IMG/VR virus record: IMGVR_UViG_3300040801_001224
Coordinates: 186,001-250,000 of that record
Reading direction: 5' to 3' (one strand)
Length of the DNA stretch: 64,000 nucleotides
Part shown: in pieces, positions 47,226 to 55,084 of the stretch
Numbering within the stretch: the stretch's first letter is position 1
Layout of the letters: each line of letters starts with the position of its first letter
Notes under the pieces: generated by a model
Databases searched by the model: none
What the model saw: the letters and a program-made list of their open reading frames with translations, nothing else
Told to the model about the DNA's origin: nothing
Made by a program: the position numbers and the translations under genes

Positions 47226-47806
47226 GAGCAAGCGAATTATTAAACGAAAGCATGGATTTTTCTGTATCTGAGTTGAAAGACTACAAAGGCACACATCCTA
47301 AATTTCAGGGTAAGAAAATATGGTACCCAGTTGGACAAGAAGAAGACGTTGAATGTTGGGCATGTAAAGGCCAGGGTTGGGAAGACTTTGGGCCTGAATA
47401 CGGCAAGGAAGAATGTCGTGTATGTGACGGAGAAGGCACACGCAATGAATTCGTTAGTGTTGGTCCAGAGTTTAACGTGTCTAATTCCAATGGTTATGAG
47501 ATACAGCGTATGATGGGATTAGATCCAGACTACAGTGGTTCACTACAGGGTGAAGAAATAACGACTGTTTTGCGTAGATTAATTAAATTAAAGAATACAG
47601 ATAGTTCAGCACATACTCGTGACGTGTCAGATGAACGTGGCGAAGCACGAGCCGTTAAGGGTGATGATGGCGTAGACCGCATACAGCGTGGTCCTAGAAT
47701 GGTGGATTTTGGTCGCACTCAAGAACAGGTAAATCGTTACCTAGACGATATGATTGAACTGCTACAGTTTGCCAAAAAGAACGGATATGGAGTGACTTGG
47801 GGCTAA
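47222..47806 (+). CDS. Late protein with DnaJ-type zinc finger
   Basis: CWACKGQG...CRVCDGEG; N-terminus MRASELLNE. Confidence 0.65.
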   Translation: MRASELLNESMDFSVSELKDYKGTHPKFQGKKIWYPVGQEEDVECWACKGQGWEDFGPEYGKEECRVCDGEGTRNEFVSVGPEFNVSNSNGYEIQRMMGLDPDYSGSLQGEEITTVLRRLIKLKNTDSSAHTRDVSDERGEARAVKGDDGVDRIQRGPRMVDFGRTQEQVNRYLDDMIELLQFAKKNGYGVTWG

Positions 47807-47807
47807 T

Positions 47808-48119
47808 ATGTACGCAACATTAAAAACGCAGAGTGAAATGGGTGAAGAATTATTCCAGGACGTATTCATTGTAATGGATGATGCCCTAGAGATAACAAAT
47901 GTGTTGACTTTCGATGATGAAGGCAATAGAATAGAGACAGTAGCAACACTAGACTATTTGAGTGACAAAGATGACTATGGTGTTGAATACGAGTTCGATG
48001 TAAACAAGAAATTAACTGTTGAAGAAGGTGAGCAGTTAATGGACGCATTAAACCAAGTTTTAAAATATGATTACGAATTAGATTTACCTATAGATAAGGA
48101 TAGTTACAATGAAAGTTAA
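47808..48119 (+). CDS. Acidic hypothetical protein
   Basis: 103-aa ORF in operon. Confidence 0.7.
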   Translation: MYATLKTQSEMGEELFQDVFIVMDDALEITNVLTFDDEGNRIETVATLDYLSDKDDYGVEYEFDVNKKLTVEEGEQLMDALNQVLKYDYELDLPIDKDSYNES

Positions 48120-48528
48120 CGATATTATTTACGAGTCAGACGAAGCTCATAGAGAAAAAGTCAAAAAGATGATGGACACGATGGACCGAGAGCGTGAACG
48201 TGCGGCTCAAATGAAAGCCAAGCGTAAAGAACGTGAGGAGCAGGAACGTCCAGAACGTGAACGTCGAGCTAAAGCCCATAAAGAAAAGATGATCAAGCAA
48301 CAGAATCGTCTGGACACAATTGCTAAAGGTCACAACGACTATGAAACGTTTGAGCAGGCAGTAGAGCGTGAAATGGGTGAAAAAGTATCCAACAACTATG
48401 GACTGATGCAGAGTACATGGCACAAGATCCATCCAATGGGTGACGAAGAAACCAAAGACTATTACACTGGATGGGCAAATTCTCACAGTGATCTAGCCAG
48501 AAAAACAGGTGGCTGGACTGGAGATTAA
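48109..48528 (+). CDS. Late charged coiled-coil protein (MKVNDI N-terminus)
   Basis: 139-aa ORF overlapping previous gene. Confidence 0.7.
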   Translation: MKVNDIIYESDEAHREKVKKMMDTMDRERERAAQMKAKRKEREEQERPERERRAKAHKEKMIKQQNRLDTIAKGHNDYETFEQAVEREMGEKVSNNYGLMQSTWHKIHPMGDEETKDYYTGWANSHSDLARKTGGWTGD

Positions 48529-48531
48529 TAC

Positions 48532-48560
48532 TTGACAAAGGATATAGATTGTAGTATAAT
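48532..48560 (+). promoter_or_regulatory. sigma70 promoter
   Basis: TTGACA-17-TATAAT. Confidence 0.8.
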
Positions 48561-48593
48561 ACATTCTATAACAAGTCAAGGAGTACCCAAAAA

Positions 48594-48866
48594 ATGACAG
48601 ATAGAGAATACAACTCTAAAAGTTTCAAACAGGAAGATATCGTTCGTTTAAAGCAGTTAATGACTGAAGGCTGTCAAGTGATGCAGGAAGTTGATGACCT
48701 AAACGAAGGCTTAAACGATACAATTAAAGCGATTGCTGAAGAGATTGAAGTTAAACCAGCCCAATTGAAAAAAGCAATTAAAATCGCATACAAGAACTCA
48801 ATGATCGAAGAGCGTGATAAGCTTGACGAAATTGATGACATATTACAGGCGGCTGGCCGAGGATAA
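48594..48866 (+). CDS. Small helical dsDNA-binding protein (T4 DsbA/GapR-like, tentative)
   Basis: EVDDLNEGLNDTIKAIAEEIEVKPAQLKKAIKIAYK pattern; upstream of polymerase. Confidence 0.55.
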   Translation: MTDREYNSKSFKQEDIVRLKQLMTEGCQVMQEVDDLNEGLNDTIKAIAEEIEVKPAQLKKAIKIAYKNSMIEERDKLDEIDDILQAAGRG

Positions 48867-48872
48867 TGAGAG

Positions 48873-49241
48873 GTGGCAAAACATATCGTAATAGTAGACG
48901 ACGACCCTACGGTTATTCAGATACTAAAAGCGTTTATTCGCCAGGCCATTAATGGCAATGGTCATTACGATATTGTCACCTTTGATAACATAACTGAAGC
49001 CTGTGATTATATAACTGAACATCCTGTGGATTTATTATTCCAGGATGTTCACGTTCAAAGCGACTTAGACGGATTAATTGCCGCTCGAATAGCCAAAAAC
49101 TTTGGTGTTCCGGTAGTTGTTATCACTTCTGATATCTGTCTATCAATAGTTGAAAGAGTCGCTAAGGGTAGATACGACAAGCTAATACTAAAGCCCATCA
49201 GTATTGGTGAAGTGAAACACGCCCTAGATCTTTGTAAATAA
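48873..49241 (+). CDS. Stand-alone CheY-like receiver domain protein
   Basis: IVIVDDD, phospho-acceptor D (LFQD), T/S (VITSD) and K (LKP) all present. Confidence 0.88.
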   Translation: MAKHIVIVDDDPTVIQILKAFIRQAINGNGHYDIVTFDNITEACDYITEHPVDLLFQDVHVQSDLDGLIAARIAKNFGVPVVVITSDICLSIVERVAKGRYDKLILKPISIGEVKHALDLCK

Positions 49242-49245
49242 TCAC

Positions 49246-49274
49246 TTGACAAAACCCCCGTTATATAGTATACT
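49246..49274 (+). promoter_or_regulatory. sigma70 promoter for polB
   Basis: TTGACA-17-TATACT. Confidence 0.75.
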
Positions 49275-49300
49275 ATAGCACTATAGTAGGAAAGGATTCT

Positions 49301-51670
49301 ATGTACGTACACGCACGATATTCTAAAGAAGAAGACATAATCAACATCGTTGAACGGGTAGACGGTGAAAGAGTTTATAAAGAATTTAAGCCCGACCATT
49401 CATTTTACGTTGAAGATCCACGTGGCACATATACGAGTATCTTTGGCGACACAATCACAAAGTTACAACCTAACAGCTACAAAGACAAGCGTAGGCTAGG
49501 CAAATTACATGGCGCAAAGAAAACATTTGAGTTTGACTTGCCACCAATTGCTCGTTGTATTGAACAACACTACAGTGACTCAGATCCCGCAGATTTACAT
49601 GTTGCTTTCTTCGATATTGAGACCGACTTCGACAAGGAGTTGGGCTACTCTAGTCCTGATGAAGCCTTTAATCCAATTACATCTATCGCTGTATATTTAC
49701 AGTGGATGGAGCAGATGATATGTCTAGCAGTTCCGCCCAAAACCCTAACCTGGGAAGAAGCACAGGAGATAGCAGGTGAAGTACCTGACGTTATTTTATG
49801 TAAAACAGAAAATGAAATGCTTCAGATGTTTTTAACAATTATTGATGACGCAGATGTGCTTAGTGGTTGGAACTCAGAATTTTACGATATTCCATACACA
49901 ATTCATAGAATTATGAATCAATTAGGAAAGCATGAAGCACGTAAAATGTGTTTATGGGATGAAATGCCACGCAAGAAGACCATTGAGCGTTTTGAAAAGC
50001 AGGAAGTAGTATATGAGTTAACTGGTCGTGTACATCTAGATTACTTAGAACTATACAAGAAGTACACATATGAGGAACGACAATCCTATAAACTGGATGC
50101 TATTGCTGAATTTGAGTTAGGTGAGAAAAAGGTCGAATATCCTGGAACACTTGATCAATTGTACAAAGAAGATTTTAAGAAGTTCCTGGAATACAACATC
50201 CAGGATACCATGCTCCTGGAAAAGCTGGATAAAAAATTAGACTTTATATCACTAGCCAACACAATTGCCCTGGGCTCAAGCGTATTGATGCCAGCAACGA
50301 TGGGTGCGGTAGCAGTAACAGAACAATCCATCATTAAAGAAGCGCACAGACGTGACATGATGGTGCCTGACAAGAAGCAAGGCGATAAAGGTGATACCCG
50401 AGCGGCAGGGGGCTGGGTACAGCAACCTAAGAAAGGCTTACATCATTGGGTAGGCAGTTCGGATTTGAACTCACTGTATCCATCAGTTATCCGTGCGTTA
50501 AATATGAGTCCAGAAACAATTGTGGGACAGCTAGTAACTGACAAGACGAATCAGGAAATTGCTGAATGGATTGCCAGTGCTAAGTCACGTACTTTCGCAG
50601 GATGGTGGAATGATAAATTTAATACCCTGGAGATGGATGATTTTATCAACAAGAACAGTAGTAACAAACACACATTCCAGATGGAGGATGGCTCAAAGAG
50701 TCCTATAACTGGCGCAGAGTTACATGAGATTGTTTTTAAGAGTGGGCAACCCTGGTGTATTAGTGCTAACGGCACAATATTTAGGACAGACATTGATGGT
50801 ATTATTCCTGGACTACTAGCAGGCTGGTACGCAGATCGTAAAGCAATGAAGAAAATTCTCTGGAATCTAATTCAATTGCGTACGGGTCTAATCGATGCTA
50901 AAATTGACAACTCTGATATTACAGTGCCAAGCGAAGTGCCTAACTTGCGTAAACTGGCATATGGTGAGCTTGACAAGTGCTTTGAATTGGAAGGCTCTGA
51001 ACGTGCGGCATTTGCCAGCAAGTTTGGGTTAGAAGTTAGAGACGGAAAGTTTTGGGCAAGAGATGAATTTGTTAAAGACTACAAAGACGCTGAAGGCTAC
51101 TGGGACAAACGTCAGCTGGTACGTAAGATTAACCTTAACTCACTATACGGCGGATTGCTTAATGAGCATTGTAGATTTTATGACCATAGATTAGGACAAT
51201 CAACTACACTAACCGGACGTAGTATTACAAGACATATGGCGGCAAAAACAAATGAATTTTTAACTGGTGAATACTCAGAGAAAGGCAAGACTATTATATA
51301 TGGTGACACCGACAGTCTGACAGGTGATTCGATTATTGAAACTTCATTAGGTCAGATGACCATCGAAGAATTGTACGAAAAATGTGAATCATATACAGAA
51401 AACGAAGACAAAGAATATGGGCATGATAATGATATGATGGTCATGTCGTATGATGAAAGTAGAGATGAACCATACATGGGACACTTCGATTATGTGTACC
51501 GCCATAAAGTGTCAAAAGATTTATATGAAATAGAAGATGATAACGGCAACGTAGTGACTGTGACAGAAGATCATTCGGTTATGGTTGAGCGTGATGGAAA
51601 GTTAATAGAAATGAAGCCAGCAGATATACAGGAAGCCGATATCATTATTTCACTTGAAATTACTAAATAA
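49301..51670 (+). CDS. Family B DNA polymerase N-terminal half fused to split intein N-fragment
   Basis: Exo DIETD, SDLNSLYPS, KINLNSLYG, YGDTD followed by intein block A SLTGDSII. Confidence 0.95.
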   Translation: MYVHARYSKEEDIINIVERVDGERVYKEFKPDHSFYVEDPRGTYTSIFGDTITKLQPNSYKDKRRLGKLHGAKKTFEFDLPPIARCIEQHYSDSDPADLHVAFFDIETDFDKELGYSSPDEAFNPITSIAVYLQWMEQMICLAVPPKTLTWEEAQEIAGEVPDVILCKTENEMLQMFLTIIDDADVLSGWNSEFYDIPYTIHRIMNQLGKHEARKMCLWDEMPRKKTIERFEKQEVVYELTGRVHLDYLELYKKYTYEERQSYKLDAIAEFELGEKKVEYPGTLDQLYKEDFKKFLEYNIQDTMLLEKLDKKLDFISLANTIALGSSVLMPATMGAVAVTEQSIIKEAHRRDMMVPDKKQGDKGDTRAAGGWVQQPKKGLHHWVGSSDLNSLYPSVIRALNMSPETIVGQLVTDKTNQEIAEWIASAKSRTFAGWWNDKFNTLEMDDFINKNSSNKHTFQMEDGSKSPITGAELHEIVFKSGQPWCISANGTIFRTDIDGIIPGLLAGWYADRKAMKKILWNLIQLRTGLIDAKIDNSDITVPSEVPNLRKLAYGELDKCFELEGSERAAFASKFGLEVRDGKFWARDEFVKDYKDAEGYWDKRQLVRKINLNSLYGGLLNEHCRFYDHRLGQSTTLTGRSITRHMAAKTNEFLTGEYSEKGKTIIYGDTDSLTGDSIIETSLGQMTIEELYEKCESYTENEDKEYGHDNDMMVMSYDESRDEPYMGHFDYVYRHKVSKDLYEIEDDNGNVVTVTEDHSVMVERDGKLIEMKPADIQEADIIISLEITK
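51314..51667 (+). mobile_element. Split intein N-fragment (118 aa, Ser1)
   Basis: SLTGDSIIET..TIEEL; block B VTVTEDHSV; stop immediately afterwards. Confidence 0.9.
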
Positions 51671-51708
51671 TGGTAAATACTATGGAGCTTGTTGCGTAAA
51701 GGAGTATT

Positions 51709-52668
51709 ATGCCGAAATGTTTAGAATGTGGTTTTGAAGCACCACGACTACAATGGACACACTTCCGATACAAATGTACCGGAAAATTTAAGAACGGCCG
51801 CGAGTATATGGCGGCATATCCGGGCGCAAAGGTAGTTGATGATGATTTGGCCAAAAAGACTGCGGTGACTGAAGAAAATCTTATCAAAAAATATGGTGAA
51901 GAAGAAGGCATTCAACGATTCAAGGAATACAAGGAAAAACAAGCGTACACTAACAGTCTCGAATATAAGGCAGAAAAAAATGGCTGGACAAAAAGCCAAT
52001 TTGATGAGTATAACCAAAGTAGAGCATGTACGTTGGAAAATTTAATCGAACGTCATGGCGAAGAAGTTGGTGTAGCTAAATGGGATGATTATATTGAGCG
52101 ACAACGTTATACAACTACAATCGAATATTTCAAAGAAAAATATGGTGCGGAAGGTGAAGAAAAATGGAATGAATTCTGTCGTGAACGAGGCAAATCAAGC
52201 AGTATAGAATTTATTCAGAAAAAATATAATGTAACAAAAGAAGAAGCCGAAACACTATTGGCTGGAAGATACCGTAATAGATATACTTCACAGATGGAAA
52301 TGGACTTCGTTGATGATATCCAAAAATGTGTAGGTGATATTAAATATACGGCACAAACGAACCAATTCTGTATATGGTCATATGAGTTAGATGCTCCTGT
52401 ATTTTATGATGTAGTTGATAGTGATAAAATGAAAGTTATAGAATTCAATGGTGATTATTGGCATCAAAACCCAAAGAAATATTCGGCTGATTCAAAAATA
52501 TCTCAATCTGGAAAAACCGCCAAAGATGTGTGGGAAAGAGACAGGATAAAATTAAATGAAGCTAAGAAACGCGGTTTTGATGTTATGGTAGTGTGGGAAA
52601 GTGATTATCAAAATAATCCAACTCAAGTATTAGATAATGTGGTGAAGTGGTGGAATAATGAAGGATAA
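51709..52668 (+). CDS. Free-standing Vsr/EDxHD-like homing endonuclease between the split polymerase halves
   Basis: N-terminal CxxC..H, KYGxEEG repeats, C-terminal FYD..VIEFNGDYWH..VVWE; TAAATA boxes at 51664/51674. Confidence 0.88.
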   Translation: MPKCLECGFEAPRLQWTHFRYKCTGKFKNGREYMAAYPGAKVVDDDLAKKTAVTEENLIKKYGEEEGIQRFKEYKEKQAYTNSLEYKAEKNGWTKSQFDEYNQSRACTLENLIERHGEEVGVAKWDDYIERQRYTTTIEYFKEKYGAEGEEKWNEFCRERGKSSSIEFIQKKYNVTKEEAETLLAGRYRNRYTSQMEMDFVDDIQKCVGDIKYTAQTNQFCIWSYELDAPVFYDVVDSDKMKVIEFNGDYWHQNPKKYSADSKISQSGKTAKDVWERDRIKLNEAKKRGFDVMVVWESDYQNNPTQVLDNVVKWWNNEG

Positions 52669-52885
52669 GTTGTTAAATATATTAAAAGCTAAAACTCCAG
52701 AAGAAGTTGATAAAGCCAGTAGAGAGTTTATGTCAAATGTGGGTACAGATCAGATATCATTAAAGCGAGCTAAAGTTAGAAAAGTTAGAAAAGTTAGAAA
52801 AGCAAATGATGAATATGTATATGATGTGGGTATGAAAAATAAAAATCATCCATGGTTTTTTGCGAATAATATCCTTGTCCACAAC
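52658..52885 (+). mobile_element. Split intein C-fragment (blocks F and G)
   Basis: YVYD (block F), LVHN (block G), +1 Ser. Confidence 0.9.
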
Positions 52886-53770
52886 TCAGTTTATTTTTCA
52901 GCATACCCAGCGTATAAAGAGCAGATTGAAGCAGGTGAACTGGAATGGAATAAAGAAAAGGCTGTTGAACTGTATGATGAAATATCTTCAATGGTGAGTG
53001 ACACGTTCCCGCAGTTTATGTTGGATGCGTTTAATGTACCCTATGCGAGATCTGAAGGTGTTATTGCCGCAGGTCGTGAAATTGTAGCAAGCACAGGCTT
53101 GTTTATTAAGAAGAAACGTTATGCGGCAATGGTGTATGACAACGAGGGTGAACGCAAGGATGTAGATGGTAAGCCGGGTAAAATGAAAGCAATGGGCCTG
53201 GATCTAAGACGTGCTGACACACCGGTATTCGTACAAGAGTTCCTATCCAAAGTATTAACAATGGTGTTAACAGAACACACTGAAGAAGAATGTATCCAGT
53301 TCATCAAGGAATTTAAGGAATTGTATGACGACATGGCACCCTGGGAAAAGGGTACACCCAAAGCAGTAAACGGCGTAACCAAGTACATGAATAAGATTGA
53401 AGAACGTAATAAGCAGATTGCCCGTGGCCAAACGCCTAAGACTCTAATGGTTCCCGGTCACGTACAAGGCAGTTTCAACTGGAACTTATTGCGTGAGCGT
53501 CACAATGACTTACACAGAGCAAAGATCACAGACGGATCAAAGGTGATATTGTGTTACTTAAAGGATAATGATTATAAATTTAAGAACATTGCTTATCCTG
53601 TAGAAGAAAACCATTTGCCAGACTGGTTCTTAGAACTTCCATTTGATGAAGAACGCATGATGGAGAGTGGTGTGGATAAGAAAATTGAGAATATGCTTGG
53701 CGTAATGAAGTGGGATTTAAGCAAAGCAAGTAAACAAGCAGATCACTTTGGATCACTATTTGAATTTTAG
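52658..53770 (+). CDS. Split intein C-fragment fused to family B DNA polymerase C-terminal half
   Basis: YVYDVGM..FFANNILVHN|SVYF then IKKKRYA, MGLDLRRADTP; alternative start ATG 52730. Confidence 0.93.
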   Translation: MKDKLLNILKAKTPEEVDKASREFMSNVGTDQISLKRAKVRKVRKVRKANDEYVYDVGMKNKNHPWFFANNILVHNSVYFSAYPAYKEQIEAGELEWNKEKAVELYDEISSMVSDTFPQFMLDAFNVPYARSEGVIAAGREIVASTGLFIKKKRYAAMVYDNEGERKDVDGKPGKMKAMGLDLRRADTPVFVQEFLSKVLTMVLTEHTEEECIQFIKEFKELYDDMAPWEKGTPKAVNGVTKYMNKIEERNKQIARGQTPKTLMVPGHVQGSFNWNLLRERHNDLHRAKITDGSKVILCYLKDNDYKFKNIAYPVEENHLPDWFLELPFDEERMMESGVDKKIENMLGVMKWDLSKASKQADHFGSLFEF

Positions 53771-53778
53771 GAGCTATT

Positions 53779-54111
53779 ATGCAGTGGAATACAATTAGCA
53801 AAGAAGAGAAAGAAAAGCGTAAACAGGAATGGCACGTAATCTTTGCGTGGTTACCACATAAAATCACACGTAATCGCAACGGCATAAACCGTTGGGCATG
53901 GTTAGAAAATATTGGCCGTAAATACGTGAAAGAAGTAGGCTGGTTAGACAATATGCCTGCAGATGTCTGGATTAAAGAATATGCTAGTAAAGAAGACGCA
54001 GTTTTTTACGCAATGGGTGGCCAGGAACCTGAAAAAGATCAAGACATAAGGTCAATAAGGCCATTAGGTCCACCACCTATGCCAACCGTAAAACCACCAA
54101 AGAAAAAATAA
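53779..54111 (+). CDS. Trp-rich paralog 4 (FAWLP...WAWLE)
   Basis: HVIFAWLPHK..RWAWLENI; SD AGGAG, TTG start. Confidence 0.7.
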   Translation: MQWNTISKEEKEKRKQEWHVIFAWLPHKITRNRNGINRWAWLENIGRKYVKEVGWLDNMPADVWIKEYASKEDAVFYAMGGQEPEKDQDIRSIRPLGPPPMPTVKPPKKK

Positions 54112-54112
54112 C

Positions 54113-54141
54113 TTGACACAACCAATACACTATGTTATAAT
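54113..54141 (+). promoter_or_regulatory. sigma70 promoter
   Basis: TTGACA-17-TATAAT. Confidence 0.8.
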
Positions 54142-54167
54142 GTGTAAATTAACAGGAGAACTTTTGA

Positions 54168-54911
54168 ATGATTAGGGATAGTTTTAAAGATATTTTAGGC
54201 CATACACATGGCTTAAGTTTCATCACAGACGTAAAGTTAACAGGCGAATCAGATAAGACACGCATTGAAGCAATTGCTGAAGACAAGTCAGTTGTTTTAA
54301 TGGGTGAAACTAAAGAGCCAATTGCTGACTTAACAGACCACGTTGTTGGTTTACATCGCATGAGCGTACTGAGCGGTTACATTAGTGGCCCAATGTTTGA
54401 CACAGACGAAGCAGAGATTTCTATTGTTGAGCAGACACGTGGCGACACAACCCAGCCTACAGAAATCAAGTTTGATTCTAAGAAAGGCCACAAGGCGTTT
54501 TATCGTTTTATGGGTGAAGAAGCCGCAAGCCAGATTGAAATGCCAAAGTTTAAAGGTGTTGAGTGGAATGTAGCATTCCAGCCCACAATTGATAACTTAA
54601 AAGAGCTTTCATACTTTGCTGGTATTTTAGGATCTTATGAACCTTCTTTTGAAGTACACATGCAGGATGGAAATTTACAGTTCCATATCGGTACTGGTGC
54701 AAGTGACCGCACAGTATTACCAATTGCTTCGGACTTAGAAGGTAACTTAAATACAGCACACCATTATCCATTAGCACAGGTACTGAGTATCCTTAAGTTA
54801 AGTGATAGCGAGCAGTGTGTGATCCAGTTCAGTGATGTTGGCTGTATGCAGATTACACTAGACAGTGGTTTGGGCATTTACGACTTTATCCTACCAGCAA
54901 AGATGCGATAA
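54168..54911 (+). CDS. DNA polymerase sliding clamp (gp45/PCNA-like)
   Basis: 247 aa two-domain beta-rich layout, adjacent to polB, C-terminal YDFILPA. Confidence 0.75.
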   Translation: MIRDSFKDILGHTHGLSFITDVKLTGESDKTRIEAIAEDKSVVLMGETKEPIADLTDHVVGLHRMSVLSGYISGPMFDTDEAEISIVEQTRGDTTQPTEIKFDSKKGHKAFYRFMGEEAASQIEMPKFKGVEWNVAFQPTIDNLKELSYFAGILGSYEPSFEVHMQDGNLQFHIGTGASDRTVLPIASDLEGNLNTAHHYPLAQVLSILKLSDSEQCVIQFSDVGCMQITLDSGLGIYDFILPAKMR

Positions 54912-55084
54912 TGACAGTAACAAAGTACACACCATTAATGCTTAAATGTTTTCTCAGAGGACTGAGTCCTTTTGAGTGTTATGATGTACTTTCTGAAGAA
55001 TACCCGGGAGATGAACTCCCAACGCTTGAATGTATTCGAGCGATATATCAAGGATTTGAGAAAAAAGATAATGACGAATTTTAA
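54911..55084 (+). CDS. 57-aa protein, possible helix-turn-helix
   Basis: My translation: MTVTKYTPLMLKCFLRGLSPFECYDVLSEEYPGDELPTLECIRAIYQGFEKKDNDEF; TAATG overlap with clamp stop. Confidence 0.55.
   Translation: MTVTKYTPLMLKCFLRGLSPFECYDVLSEEYPGDELPTLECIRAIYQGFEKKDNDEF

Noticed and set aside
51670-52658. Group I intron or frameshift explaining the polB break
   Set aside because: Both halves carry complementary intein blocks and separate stop/start codons; the gap is filled by one ORF with no room for a ribozyme core.
54972-55070. ORF-track 5' extension of the TGT-fold gene
   Set aside because: The region is better explained by the overlapping 54911-55084 ORF; ATG 55071 precedes the conserved-looking sequence.
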